Positions 47,299-57,393 of a stretch of DNA of 64,000 nucleotides are shown piece by piece. The DNA is taken from positions 107,228 through 171,227 of the forward strand of contig JAJYID010000001.1 in the NCBI GenBank assembly GCA_021790235.1, in the 5' to 3' direction. Position numbers and translations under genes: made by a program. How positions within the stretch are numbered: position 1 is the stretch's first letter; every line of letters begins with the position of its first letter. The notes beneath the pieces were generated by a model. The model worked only from the letters and a program-made list of their open reading frames with translations. It did not search any database and had not been told where the DNA came from. Source of the stretch: a bacterium (GTDB lineage Bacteria; Patescibacteriota; CPR2; UBA1875; JAJYID01).

Positions 47299-48738
47299 AT
47301 GAAAGCTGTTTTTGCGGCGATAATCCTACTGTCTGTCGTACTTGGTATTTTGGTAGCTCCATATTTTAGCCTCTCGATGCTGAGTCTTTTTGCCCTTTTT
47401 AGTATTTTCTTTATACTAAGTTTGTCAGTTATCCCCAAAAGATGGCTTTGGCTCGCTATGATAGCGACCAGTTTTCTTTTCTTAGGTATATTTCGTTATA
47501 TCCAAGTGCAAAATGATATATATAACATTTCTTATCCCACAGGGCAGGATTTAGTAGTCAAGGGACAAGTGATGGAACCGCCGGAAGAAACTGATAAAGC
47601 GGTGAAAGCTGTACTCCAAGACGAGGCTAAGGGTGGGAAAATTCTACTGATCTTGAAACCTTTTACTAAAGTCAAATATGGAGAACGTTTATCAGTGAAC
47701 GGAAAAATTAGTGTGCCGGTTAAACAATATCAAAACTCTCTTTTAGTCAAAGGTATTGCATATGAGATGGCTTTTCCTCAGGTAAAACACATCGGTTCTG
47801 ACAGAATGAACATAACAATGAGGATCCAAAATAGCTTATATGCTTTAAGAGATAGTTTTGAAGACAGTATCAATAGGATTTTCCCGGAACCGGAAGCTTC
47901 ATTTTTAGCCGGACTGCTTTTGGGAGTTAAGAGGAACCTTCCTAGCTGGCTTATGCAAGACTTACAGGCGAGCGGCACTACCCACTTGATTGCTCTTTCG
48001 GGGTTTAATATTACTGTGATTATTGAGGCATTGAGGTTAATCTTCAGGCGCCGCAGCGCCAAGTTCGGTTTCTATATCCCCCTTCTTGCTATTTTTGCTT
48101 TTGTGGTTATGACCGGTTCATCGTCATCAGTAGTCAGGGCCGGGATTATGGGGTCAATGATGCTTCTCGCTTATCGGGTAGGGCGGCAATCTTCGGCTAC
48201 TATGGCAATAATTATTACAGCGGCCCTTATGGTTTTCGCTAATCCTTTTATCCTGCGTTACGATGCCGGTTTTCAGCTCTCATTTGTCGCATTTATCGGG
48301 ATTATCTACATTGCGCCTTTGGTAAGGGGAATTTTGCCGCTGAAACATCAGTTCATTAAAGAAATGCTGGCTATGACTTTGGGCGCGCAGATTATGGCCT
48401 ATCCTCTTATACTGCATTATTTTGGCACTTTATCGATAGTATCTTTTGCTGCAAATCTAGTAGTGCTGCCTTTTATACCTTTCGTTATGCTACTGGGTTT
48501 TTTAGCTGCACTTTTTGGCATGGTTTGGCAGAATTTAGGTTTTATCTTTTCCTTTACCGCCCTTTTTGCTTTAAAAGCAGTGATCAGCGTCATTCATTGC
48601 TTTGCAGTACTGCCTTATGCATCCTTTAGTGGCGTCGGATTTTCGGTTCTAAGTGTATTTATTTATTACATAATAGTTTTGGAACTGATTTTTATCTGCA
48701 AAAGATTGAAAACGAGGTGTCTTCATGCCGGATCGTAA
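47299..48738 (+). CDS. comEC: ComEC/Rec2 DNA internalisation channel (DUF4131 plus competence domain, no MBL domain)
   Basis: A polytopic membrane protein with an OB-like region (VVKGQVMEPPEE...) and the competence domain SGTTHLIALSGFNITV. Confidence 0.85.
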   Translation: MKAVFAAIILLSVVLGILVAPYFSLSMLSLFALFSIFFILSLSVIPKRWLWLAMIATSFLFLGIFRYIQVQNDIYNISYPTGQDLVVKGQVMEPPEETDKAVKAVLQDEAKGGKILLILKPFTKVKYGERLSVNGKISVPVKQYQNSLLVKGIAYEMAFPQVKHIGSDRMNITMRIQNSLYALRDSFEDSINRIFPEPEASFLAGLLLGVKRNLPSWLMQDLQASGTTHLIALSGFNITVIIEALRLIFRRRSAKFGFYIPLLAIFAFVVMTGSSSSVVRAGIMGSMMLLAYRVGRQSSATMAIIITAALMVFANPFILRYDAGFQLSFVAFIGIIYIAPLVRGILPLKHQFIKEMLAMTLGAQIMAYPLILHYFGTLSIVSFAANLVVLPFIPFVMLLGFLAALFGMVWQNLGFIFSFTALFALKAVISVIHCFAVLPYASFSGVGFSVLSVFIYYIIVLELIFICKRLKTRCLHAGS

Positions 48739-49591
48739 AGTAAAAAAAATTTTTCCGTTTATATCACTCCCGGTGCTTTTAATTTCCTTTTTGGCAATAT
48801 GGTATTTTGTATTTCTTCCTCCTGTTAGAGATTTAAAAATTGTTTTTTGTGATGTCGGTCAAGGAGACGGGACACTTTTAGAGTTTCCAGATGGAAAAAC
48901 CGCTCTTGTTGACAGTGGGCCAGATATAAAAATTCTAGAATGCTTAGGCAAGAATCTGCCCTTTTACAGAAGAAAGATTGATCTGGTTTTCTTGTCTCAT
49001 CCTGATGCCGATCACGTTGGAGGTTTGAATTACGTTCTAAACCATTACAAAGTGGGACGTATAATCGAAAGCGGGATTGGTAAGAATACTAAGGCATATC
49101 AATCTTTTGCAGATACGGTTAAGGCTCAGCAAATTCCCGAGATTATAGCTCTCCAAGGGACAGAGTTTGATATTACTTCTAAAACAAAGGCAAAGGTGCT
49201 GTTACCTGCCAGCGTCTCGGGAAGCACAAGTTTAAACAATATGTCTGAGATCTTACTTTTGACTTATATAAAAGAAGAGATACTTTTTACCGGTGATATG
49301 GAGAAGGAGGAAGCTACTCAGATGGCCAGTTTTTATCCCAAACTGCAAGCCAATCTAATCAAAATTCCTCATCATGGGTCAAAGTATTCTTTGGATGAGC
49401 GTTTTTATTATCAGTTAGCGCCCAAGTATGCCATTATTTCAGTCGGTGTAAAAAACAGATACGGCCACCCGCACAAAGAAGTACTGGACTTTCTAGGGAA
49501 AAGAGGCATAGAGATTTTCAGAACAGATCAGCTAGGCGATATCACTTTTGAAACAAATGGTGCAACGATGAAGTGGATAAAATCAAATTAA
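48725..49591 (+). CDS. ComEC C-terminal-type metallo-beta-lactamase domain protein (separate ORF with its own TM and SD)
   Basis: FCDVGQGDGTLLEFPDGKTALVDSGPD, LSHPDADHVGG and IPHHGS motifs. SD gaggtg lies 7 nt upstream. The ORF overlaps comEC by 14 nt. Confidence 0.8.
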   Translation: MPDRKVKKIFPFISLPVLLISFLAIWYFVFLPPVRDLKIVFCDVGQGDGTLLEFPDGKTALVDSGPDIKILECLGKNLPFYRRKIDLVFLSHPDADHVGGLNYVLNHYKVGRIIESGIGKNTKAYQSFADTVKAQQIPEIIALQGTEFDITSKTKAKVLLPASVSGSTSLNNMSEILLLTYIKEEILFTGDMEKEEATQMASFYPKLQANLIKIPHHGSKYSLDERFYYQLAPKYAIISVGVKNRYGHPHKEVLDFLGKRGIEIFRTDQLGDITFETNGATMKWIKSN

Positions 49592-49634
49592 GCAACTTGA
49601 GTAATATAAAACCGTGAATCTGAAAACCCTGCTT

Positions 49635-49687
49635 TGTCATCCTAAATCCGCTTTGTAAGGCTACTGAACGAGTAAACTCCGCGGATA
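49635..49687 (+). repeat. Hairpin repeat family unit (divergent)
   Basis: Sequence tgtcatcctaaatccgc...gcggata, with arms atccgc/gcggat. Confidence 0.45.
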
Positions 49688-49899
49688 GTGAAGTTATATT
49701 TCTTAAAAAGTTTAATTTAAGTATAAGGGAAAAGGACCTTTCTGTTTGCTTAGTACCGAAAGTCTTAGTCTTAAACACTGGATGTCAGTTGGAATGAAAA
49801 CACGAATAAATTGATGATTGTTTTCGGATTTACTGAAATAAAAGATTTTACTTTATTGAATACCTTGATTATAATTATAATGTTTAAAGGAGTTGTAAA

Positions 49900-50268
49900 A
49901 TGTCAAAAATTCTTATAGTTGATGATGACCCGGCAATAAGAGAACTCTATGAGGCTGGATTTAAACAAATAGGTTATGATGTACAGACTGCAATAAATGG
50001 TGAAGACGCTCTAACTAAGACTTTATCTTTCAAACCGGATCTTTTACTGCTCGATATTATGATGCCGGAAATTCATGGACTTCATGTTCTTGACATCATT
50101 AAAGCTACACCGGAAGCGAAAGATCTGAAAGTAATAGTATTTACGGCTTTATCAGATGATGAAGCTCAGAAAAAAGCTGAGGAATTTGGGGCAGATGGAT
50201 ACATCGTTAAATCACAAAAGACGATGGCAGAGGTAATCAACTACGTTCAGGAAGTGCTGAAGCGGTAA
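49900..50268 (+). CDS. Single-domain response regulator (CheY-like receiver)
   Basis: ILIVDDD, LLLLDIMMP, and a T/K pocket residue pattern. SD aaaggag. Confidence 0.85.
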   Translation: MSKILIVDDDPAIRELYEAGFKQIGYDVQTAINGEDALTKTLSFKPDLLLLDIMMPEIHGLHVLDIIKATPEAKDLKVIVFTALSDDEAQKKAEEFGADGYIVKSQKTMAEVINYVQEVLKR

Positions 50269-50411
50269 GACTTGTATTTTTAGAAAATTTAAGGTAAAAT
50301 AAACTTAATATGGTAACTGAAAGAACAGTATTCTTTGTTGGGCTAGGACTTCGGCCGAAAACGGTGAGAAGAGGTTGATTTTATTATAAAAGCAGTTTGA
50401 AAATGAGTCAG

Positions 50412-50439
50412 CCTTTCTGAAATCTCGGAAAGGTTTTTT
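50412..50439 (+). terminator. Candidate intrinsic terminator
   Basis: cctttc-(10 nt)-gaaagg followed by tttttt. Confidence 0.5.
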
Positions 50440-50446
50440 AGTCTAA

Positions 50447-50523
50447 CGGCCTATAGCGTAGTCTGGAATCGCACTTAGTCTCTGACTAAGAGATCGGAGG
50501 TTCAAATCCTTCTAGGCCGACCA
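50447..50523 (+). tRNA. tRNA-Arg (anticodon TCT), CCA encoded
   Basis: Manual cloverleaf fold: acceptor cggccta/taggccg, anticodon stem cttag/ctaag with loop tctctga, and T arm ggagg-ttcaaat-ccttc. Position 33 reads C rather than the usual U. Confidence 0.75.
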
Positions 50524-50662
50524 TGATATCATGGCGAAAAGCCTGGTATATAAAAGTCCCAGATTCTCCCTTTGATTGGTGTTACCGTGCTAACTCATCG
50601 AGATACTTATGGTGATCCTAAAGTATATCATGAAGTGTTAAGTTCAAAGGGAAAATCCAGGC

Positions 50663-50860
50663 ATGAACCTTGAAAACCAGACGGTGAAAAGAAACAGAAA
50701 GGAGCAATATCGTATGTCCGATGCGAATGAGCAGGTGCAGAGGATGAAAGCATCCGAGGAAGAAACGGGAATAGTTAAGAATCAACCCACAAAAAAGAAG
50801 CGGCATCCGATCAAGAGGAACCGCAAAAAATGTCCTTCCAGAAACTGTATCTGTTACTAG
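50663..50860 (+). CDS. Hypothetical highly basic small protein (65 aa)
   Basis: ORF only, with no clear SD. Confidence 0.25.
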   Translation: MNLENQTVKRNRKEQYRMSDANEQVQRMKASEEETGIVKNQPTKKKRHPIKRNRKKCPSRNCICY

Positions 50861-50875
50861 GTACGGAGGGTTGGT

Positions 50876-51058
50876 ATGGTAGAATGTTATGTGTATGACA
50901 TTGATCCGGAAGACGCAGAGCCTATTCTTTTTGAACTAGCTGACAAGATGGGAATATCGCCTGATGAGATATCGATTAATCGGGCCAAAAATACTCTACA
51001 CCTTCCTGACGTACTTTTGAGTCACGCACAAGAACATATGAATATCGTTCCTATGTAA
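50876..51058 (+). CDS. Hypothetical acidic small protein (60 aa)
   Basis: ORF with SD ggaggg 7 nt upstream. Confidence 0.4.
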   Translation: MVECYVYDIDPEDAEPILFELADKMGISPDEISINRAKNTLHLPDVLLSHAQEHMNIVPM

Positions 51059-51076
51059 GTTCTTTTCTATAAATCC

Positions 51077-51111
51077 GCCGGAGTACAGCCAAAGCACGGC
51101 TGTACTCCGGC
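51077..51111. terminator. Strong 14-bp hairpin (gccggagtacagcc/ggctgtactccggc)
   Basis: Perfect stem with a 7-nt loop. An A-run follows on the + strand, which is a T-run on the - strand. Confidence 0.5.
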
Positions 51112-51537
51112 AAAACTTTATAATAGTAGTGATTAATGAATCCGATTAAAAAAGTAAAAAAGACTATCGTTGTTCTTTTGGGTGTTAGTCTAGCTCTTTT
51201 AATAGCTATGGCTCTTGACCAAGATTTAGGGGAAAAGGTGTTTCTTCACCCGAGGTGACTATTACCGATAAAGGCGACGGATGTTTTGATTTTGAATATA
51301 TGAATGAAAATCTCTAAATATTTTGGCCGCAAGGGCTAAAAGGTACCAAACACTAAATAAGGCGCTAGATAATCGTTAGAGTTATGAGTCAAGAGCGCTT
51401 TTCCCTTTTCACTTTAAAAAACAGGCACCTTGTGCTAAAATTGAGAATAATTAATAAATTATTAGTTAATAGATTTGCTAAGTTCCATAGATTTTTCTGT
51501 TTTTTATTTCTGCGCTTCTTAGTACCGAAGGTGAATT

Positions 51538-52278
51538 ATGTCAGGTCATTCCAAGTGGGCTTCCATAAAACATAAAAAAGCGGCCACAGACGCCAAACGC
51601 GGTAAAGCTTTTACTGTGGCAGCGAACATGGTTACCATCGCCGCCAAAGAAGGTGGTGGCGATCCGACCATGAACTTTAAGCTTAGGCTTGCCATCGATA
51701 AGGCAAAGGCCGTAAATATGCCGTCAACTAATATTAATAGGGCCATAAAAAGAGGTACGGGCGAGGGTGGAGCCGGGCAGGTCGAGGAGCTAAAATACGA
51801 AGGTTACGGGCCGGAAGGGGTTGCTATTTTAGTTAGTACTGTAACTGATAATAAAAACAGAACTTCCTCCGACGTCCGTAGTACTTTGACTAAAAACGGC
51901 GGGAGAATGGCCGACGCCGGAAGCGTATCATGGGTTTTTGATCAGCAAGGACAGATAGTTGTTACAACTGATTCTGAGGAGGCGCAGCTTGTTGCTATAG
52001 ATGCAGGTGCAACTGATGTTGAGGTAGAGGATGGTAAACTGTTTATCTATAGTGATACTAGTACTATCAGCAATATTAAATCTGCTTTGGAAAGCGAGGG
52101 GATAAAGATTGAATCAACGGAAATTATTTATAAACCAAAAAATTATATCAAAGTTGAAGATGAGGGAAAAGCCACAAAGATTTTGAAATTAATTGATGCG
52201 CTTGAGAGTTTGGATGATGTGACGGAGGTTAATGCCAACTTTGATATATCGGAAGAAATTTTAGAAAAAATTAGTTAA
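51538..52278 (+). CDS. yebC: YebC/PmpR family transcriptional regulator
   Basis: MSGHSKWASIKHKKAATDAKRGKAF. Confidence 0.92.
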   Translation: MSGHSKWASIKHKKAATDAKRGKAFTVAANMVTIAAKEGGGDPTMNFKLRLAIDKAKAVNMPSTNINRAIKRGTGEGGAGQVEELKYEGYGPEGVAILVSTVTDNKNRTSSDVRSTLTKNGGRMADAGSVSWVFDQQGQIVVTTDSEEAQLVAIDAGATDVEVEDGKLFIYSDTSTISNIKSALESEGIKIESTEIIYKPKNYIKVEDEGKATKILKLIDALESLDDVTEVNANFDISEEILEKIS

Positions 52279-52316
52279 AGCTGATGTTATAATATTTCTT
52301 GTAACAGAAACCAGAA

Positions 52317-52730
52317 ATGTTAACTTCAACCCATAGTTTAGTCGGTGCTAGTGCCGGCAAGTATATCCCAAATCCGTTCTTAGCTTTTTTAGCCGGCGTG
52401 TTTTTGCACTTTGTTTTTGATAAAATACCTCATTTTTGGTCTCTCAATAAAAAGTTTGAGGGCTTAATGCTTGCACTTGATACAGTTGGCACAATTCTAA
52501 TTATTATTGTCCTGTTTTTTTCACATTTACCGAACAAATCCGGAATTGTTGGAGGAGCTTTGGGTGGGGCGGGTGTAGATTTATTTTTAGTTCTTGTTCC
52601 GGTTACCAACAAAAACAAGACTGCCAGGTGGCACTCTGCCAGGCAGACACACTTAAGGCAAGCTAGGTTCATCCTGAATGATTTGGTTATAGCTGTGGCA
52701 GCGATAATAATATTAATATTTTTTCCATGA
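52317..52730 (+). CDS. Hypothetical polytopic membrane protein (possibly YdjM/DUF457-like)
   Basis: Four hydrophobic segments and N-terminal THSLVG...H..FDKIPH. The family assignment is tentative. Confidence 0.45.
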   Translation: MLTSTHSLVGASAGKYIPNPFLAFLAGVFLHFVFDKIPHFWSLNKKFEGLMLALDTVGTILIIIVLFFSHLPNKSGIVGGALGGAGVDLFLVLVPVTNKNKTARWHSARQTHLRQARFILNDLVIAVAAIIILIFFP

Positions 52731-53206
52731 TTATTTTAGGTATAGATCCGGGTACGGCTACGACAGGCTATGGTGTCATAGAGAACAAAAATGGCAAAAT
52801 TACAGCTATTGGTTATGGCTGTATTTTAACCAAAGCCGGCCGAGGTTTGGGAGACAGGCTGGATGTTATCTTTAATGAATTAACTGAAATTATTAAGAAA
52901 TTTAAGCCGGAAATGGCGGCTGTCGAGGAGCTTTTCTTTGCTTCAAACGCTAAAACGGCTATTTCGGTCGGCCACGCCCGCGGTGTTATTTTACTCGCCT
53001 GTAAAAAGGCAAAAGTGCCGGTTTATGAGTACACGCCCCTGCAAGTCAAGCAGGCGGTTTGCGGTTATGGTCGAGGCGAAAAGCAACAGATTCAGAAAAT
53101 GGTTAAGACTCTCTTGAATTTAAAGGAAATCCCCAAACCGGATGATGCGGCAGACGGTCTGGCTATAGCTATTTGTCATGCAAACTCTCACAGAAACTTT
53201 GTTTAA
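52727..53206 (+). CDS. ruvC: Holliday junction resolvase RuvC
   Basis: ILGIDPGTATTGYGVIE and DAADGLAIAICH. Confidence 0.92.
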   Translation: MIILGIDPGTATTGYGVIENKNGKITAIGYGCILTKAGRGLGDRLDVIFNELTEIIKKFKPEMAAVEELFFASNAKTAISVGHARGVILLACKKAKVPVYEYTPLQVKQAVCGYGRGEKQQIQKMVKTLLNLKEIPKPDDAADGLAIAICHANSHRNFV

Positions 53207-53264
53207 AAAGAATTTCATTTAGCTTAAAAAAGCTCTAAAATTATATTAAATAATAGGAGGGTCT

Positions 53265-54245
53265 TTGAGCGAATATTCTCTAAAATCTGATATTAAATTT
53301 GACTCTGTTTGCAAAAAGGCAGGAGAGATGCTTTCATCTGCTTATCATAACGGTAAGATCTTTGCTTCACTGCCGAAGCCAGACGGATCTCTTTCAGAGT
53401 TTGAAATCTTAAGTGTTCTTGCTCTCGCTAAATCCTGCAGAAAAAAAATAATCAATCAATATATTGAGAGCGGTAAAATTTTCAATGTTACAACCTCCGG
53501 TATCTTGGCGTGGGTGATTATTAATATTTTTAACGATTTAAGTGATAATGAGAAAGGGAGGATTGAGAGGTATTTTACTAATGTGGAAGAATATTTTGAT
53601 AAGCGAACCGGTACTGATGGACTTTTGTCAGCAGGGCAGGCTGACAATTGGATAAAAAGTGTTAAAAGAAAGGGTTTTTTAATAGAGTTTCAAGCGTACT
53701 ATGCAAAAATCATTGATCTTCTGTTTTTGCTTACTGAGGATGATATGTACGAATTTAAGAAGAAGAGGCTGCTTAGAGCAGTTCGAAAAAACCTTGATGT
53801 AGCATTTGTGCTAGACAGAGAAGATTCACTTGAGGTTCGTTCTAATATCTTTATTGCAGCTTTCTTTGCTCCGGAACTTTTTAAGCGCGATGTATGGCAA
53901 GTAACCTTTGATACTTCGTTAAAAAAAGAGGAGCTGTGGCTTAGCTGGGGAGGACTTCGTATTTTAGGGCGATCGGACATTAACTACAATGATGCAAAAG
54001 ACGGTGAAAGTTGGTTCTTTGTAAATAATATGTCCGCGCTGGCTCTAGCCAGATCAGACAGAGTGAAATATCAAAAGTATATTGATATGGTTTTAAAGTC
54101 TTCCACTTGTAATATTATGTGGCAGGAACACTCTGGACGTCCATGTGAAGTTACACTTACTTCAAGCGGTCAAATCAAGGTTCAAGGTCTGTACGGTTTG
54201 TCGCTTGCGACATTTATTTACCTTTATATGTTTTTAAATAACTGA
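53265..54245 (+). CDS. Six-hairpin glycosidase-like protein (amylo-alpha-1,6-glucosidase/GDE C-terminal-like, tentative)
   Basis: TTG start after the SD aggaggg. The pattern NWIKSVKRKGFLIEFQAYYAKIIDLL ... RSNIFIAAFF ... GGLRILGRSD ... SWFFVNNM resembles the GDE_C signature order. Confidence 0.45.
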   Translation: MSEYSLKSDIKFDSVCKKAGEMLSSAYHNGKIFASLPKPDGSLSEFEILSVLALAKSCRKKIINQYIESGKIFNVTTSGILAWVIINIFNDLSDNEKGRIERYFTNVEEYFDKRTGTDGLLSAGQADNWIKSVKRKGFLIEFQAYYAKIIDLLFLLTEDDMYEFKKKRLLRAVRKNLDVAFVLDREDSLEVRSNIFIAAFFAPELFKRDVWQVTFDTSLKKEELWLSWGGLRILGRSDINYNDAKDGESWFFVNNMSALALARSDRVKYQKYIDMVLKSSTCNIMWQEHSGRPCEVTLTSSGQIKVQGLYGLSLATFIYLYMFLNN

Positions 54246-54320
54246 CTTGTATACTGGAATTTAACTTTGTCCATGTTGTATACTTTATACTGATTACACA
54301 ATACTAATGCGAAGAATTTT

Positions 54321-54887
54321 ATGATTGCGAGTTTGCGTGGAAAGGTAGTTCAAAAAAGAGCGGACAGCTTGGTGGTCGAAATGAACGGTATTGGCTATAA
54401 GGTTATTTGTCCTGTCTTGGTTTTAGACTCTGCCAGGGTTGGTGAGGAAATTTTTTTAAATACCTATACCCATGTACGGGAAGATATTCTGGCTTTATAC
54501 GGGTTTTTGACGGTCGATGACTTGGCTCTTTTCGAACTTTTAATAAGTGTGTCCGGAGTGGGGCCGAAAGCAGCCGTGAATATTTTATCGGCCGCGGATA
54601 GTGAAAAAATCAAAAGTGCTATTCGCAAACAAGATCCGGGTATTTTGTATTCAGTATCGGGAATCGGCAAAAAAACTGCCGAGAAAATCGTGGTTGAACT
54701 GAAAAATAAGCTTGGAGCCACGAATGATTTGTATGCGCCCTCATCTGAAACGGAGGATCTATACCAGGCACTCAGCGAGCTTGGTTTTAAACCGAGTGAA
54801 ATCAATGCGGCTATTTCCAGTTTGTCGGACGATCTTGATACCACGGAGGAAAAGCTCAAGTTTGCTTTGAAAGAAATACGAAAATGA
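54321..54887 (+). CDS. ruvA: Holliday junction DNA helicase RuvA
   Basis: MIASLRGKV..., and the HhH motifs [16 protein letters not shown] and [12 protein letters not shown]. Confidence 0.92.
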   Translation: MIASLRGKVVQKRADSLVVEMNGIGYKVICPVLVLDSARVGEEIFLNTYTHVREDILALYGFLTVDDLALFELLISVSGVGPKAAVNILSAADSEKIKSAIRKQDPGILYSVSGIGKKTAEKIVVELKNKLGATNDLYAPSSETEDLYQALSELGFKPSEINAAISSLSDDLDTTEEKLKFALKEIRK

Positions 54888-55957
54888 AGCTCCAGAATGA
54901 TAAAATACTAAATTCTAACAATATGAAAGAAGATAAAAATCACATTTTAGACTCCGAGGAGTTCGAAGGCGAGGAAACTTTTGAGGAAACGCTCAGACCG
55001 AATAAATTTAGCGAATATGTCGGCCAAAATCAGGTTAAAAGTAATCTGAAAATTACCATTGAAGCGGCCAAAAAGAGGAAAGAACCGATTGATCATGTCC
55101 TTCTTTATGGTCCGCCGGGGCTCGGCAAGACTACTCTTTCGGCTGTCATTGCAAATGAGATGGGTGTTTCAGTAAAAGCGACCAGTGGGCCGGCCATCGA
55201 ACGAGCCGGCGATCTGGCCTCCATTCTTACCAATTTGCAAGAAAATGATATCTTATTTATCGACGAGATTCACCGATTAAATACGGTAGTAGAGGAAATT
55301 CTTTATCCTGCCATGGAGGACTTTGTACTTGACATTATCATCGGCAAAGGCCCTTCGGCAAGATCTGTGCGCCTTGATTTACCGAGATTCACCATAATCG
55401 GTGCCACTACCAAGATGGGATCGCTTTCTTCGCCGCTCCGCGACCGCTTTGGCCTAGTTCACAGATTAGAATTTTATGAGCCGGCGGATATCGAGAAAAT
55501 CTTGAACCGATCTGCCAAAATATTAAAAATCAAAATTGACAAAAAGGGTGCCGAGGAAATTGCCAAAAGGTCGCGCAAAACGCCGCGCATTGCCAATCGA
55601 CTGCTAAAAAGAGTGAGAGATTTTGCCGAAGTGAAAGGAAAAGGTGAAATTACCAATGACATCGCCAAGCAGTCCTTGGAAATGCTGGAAGTTGACGAGT
55701 TGGGACTTGATAATACCGACCGGCATCTGCTCGAAACCATTATTCACAAGTTTGGGGGCGGTCCGGTGGGCTTAAATACTTTGGCAGCGGCTACGAATGA
55801 AGAAGTTGATACGATTGAGGAGGTTTACGAGCCATACTTGATCCAGCTCGGCTTTCTCGAACGCACTCCCCGAGGACGAAAAGCCACTTCACATGCCTAT
55901 AATCATCTTGGCGTGGTAAAGAAAGATAAGAAAAAAAACCAACAGAAGCTATTATAG
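54884..55957 (+). CDS. ruvB: Holliday junction DNA helicase RuvB
   Basis: [21 protein letters not shown], and FIDEIHRL. Confidence 0.95.
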   Translation: MKLQNDKILNSNNMKEDKNHILDSEEFEGEETFEETLRPNKFSEYVGQNQVKSNLKITIEAAKKRKEPIDHVLLYGPPGLGKTTLSAVIANEMGVSVKATSGPAIERAGDLASILTNLQENDILFIDEIHRLNTVVEEILYPAMEDFVLDIIIGKGPSARSVRLDLPRFTIIGATTKMGSLSSPLRDRFGLVHRLEFYEPADIEKILNRSAKILKIKIDKKGAEEIAKRSRKTPRIANRLLKRVRDFAEVKGKGEITNDIAKQSLEMLEVDELGLDNTDRHLLETIIHKFGGGPVGLNTLAAATNEEVDTIEEVYEPYLIQLGFLERTPRGRKATSHAYNHLGVVKKDKKKNQQKLL

Positions 55958-56047
55958 TTGTGTTTGAAACCCAAGAATATTTACGTTAATTAAATTTAAA
56001 GCCTATTAGTTCACTAAACCAGTTTAGTGAACTGAAGAATAAAACCC

Positions 56048-56075
56048 TTTACAATGGGTAAATTTTTCTTATAAT
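56048..56075 (+). promoter_or_regulatory. Sigma70-like promoter (TTTACA-16-TATAAT)
   Basis: tttaca at 56048-56053 and tataat at 56070-56075, 11 nt before the ATG at 56087. Confidence 0.55.
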
Positions 56076-56086
56076 TTAAAGTACTT

Positions 56087-57355
56087 ATGCTTAGGAGGGT
56101 TGGGACAGTTTTGTTGTTATTTTGGGTATTTTTGATGCCGGTTTTTGCCGTTGCCCAAAATGGTCCGGACATCAAAACGACGGCTGTGACCGATTGCAGC
56201 GGTGTAGTAATTTCCGAATTTATTCCTAATCCTGTCGGGGTGGATTCTGATGGCGAATGGATTGAGCTTTACAATCAAACAAATAGCGAGGTAAATCTCA
56301 ATGGTTATTCTATTACCGACACAGAAGGCACAACTCATAAATATTCGATTTCAAATGCGACGATTGCTGCCGGTGGTTTTGCCGTCTTTGATCGTGAAAC
56401 TACCGGTATCACCCTAAATAATGACAAAGAGAGCCTGATTTTAACTAAACCGGAAGGCGCCAGCTGCCAGACGGATTTTGCCAAGGATACGGTCAATCCA
56501 AAAGAAGGCAACAGCTTTGCCTACGACTTTAATTCAAAATCTTGGAAATGGACCACCACGCCGACACCCGGTAGCACCAATGTCTTTACGGTGGACAATA
56601 TTGCTGTAAACCCAACAAATAGTGGCAATGATTCTGCTATGCCGTTACCGCAGAACAGCTGCGCCGGAATCATGATAACCGAGTTGATGCCGGCGCCGGC
56701 AGGTTCAGATAGCGAAAACGAATGGATAGAAATCTACAATTCAAACAGCGATACGATCGATCTAGGCGGGTGCGCGCTAACCGATAAGCTTAAGGTTGGC
56801 AGCACTACAAAATACACTTTTCCGGTCGGCACAATCATCAATTCAGGAGAATACAAGGTGCTGACAAGACCTGTAACCAAGATTTCCTTAAATAATGACA
56901 GCGATGGGGTGATGCTGCTTGCTTCTGACGGCACGGTGGTTTTTGATACCGGACTTTATAAAAATGCCAAGGAAAATATAGCTTACGCGTATAGCGATGG
57001 TCAATGGTTCTGGACTTCAACTCCGACGCCGGGTGTGCCAAACATTATCACTGAGCCAACACCGAAGGCAGCAAAGAAGCCAAAGAGTACAAAGGCTGCA
57101 TCAAAAAAGGCTGCTAAGTCAACGAGCAAAACTCAAGGTAATAGCGGTCAGGTTTTGGGCGATAGTACAGGTCCAAGTGGCAGCGATTCAAAGAAAATCA
57201 GCGACAAGGTGTTGGGCTATATTCTGGTTATTCTCGCCTGTCTCGCACCGCTTGGCTATCTTGTCTACCTAAAGAAAGATTGGATCCTCAAACAGTCAAT
57301 TGTCCAAAAAATTCTAAAAAAGCTTGAAAATATAAAGGAACTTTTTGTCCGCTAA
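56087..57355 (+). CDS. Surface-anchored protein with two lamin-tail (LTD) domains, a K-rich linker and a C-terminal TM anchor
   Basis: Signal peptide. The LTD signature occurs twice: VVISEFIPNPVGVDSDGEWIELYN and IMITELMPAPAGSDSENEWIEIYN. C-terminal hydrophobic helix ILVILACLAPLGYLVYL. Confidence 0.8.
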   Translation: MLRRVGTVLLLFWVFLMPVFAVAQNGPDIKTTAVTDCSGVVISEFIPNPVGVDSDGEWIELYNQTNSEVNLNGYSITDTEGTTHKYSISNATIAAGGFAVFDRETTGITLNNDKESLILTKPEGASCQTDFAKDTVNPKEGNSFAYDFNSKSWKWTTTPTPGSTNVFTVDNIAVNPTNSGNDSAMPLPQNSCAGIMITELMPAPAGSDSENEWIEIYNSNSDTIDLGGCALTDKLKVGSTTKYTFPVGTIINSGEYKVLTRPVTKISLNNDSDGVMLLASDGTVVFDTGLYKNAKENIAYAYSDGQWFWTSTPTPGVPNIITEPTPKAAKKPKSTKAASKKAAKSTSKTQGNSGQVLGDSTGPSGSDSKKISDKVLGYILVILACLAPLGYLVYLKKDWILKQSIVQKILKKLENIKELFVR

Positions 57356-57393
57356 ATACTCAATTGGAACGGAATTGTGATAAAATATTGAGT

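Noticed and set aside
49748-51527. Shared 12-13-mer cttagtaccgaa[a/g]g at about 49749 and about 51515.
   Set aside because: A single short match of this length is expected by chance many times in 64 kb of AT-rich sequence on two strands.
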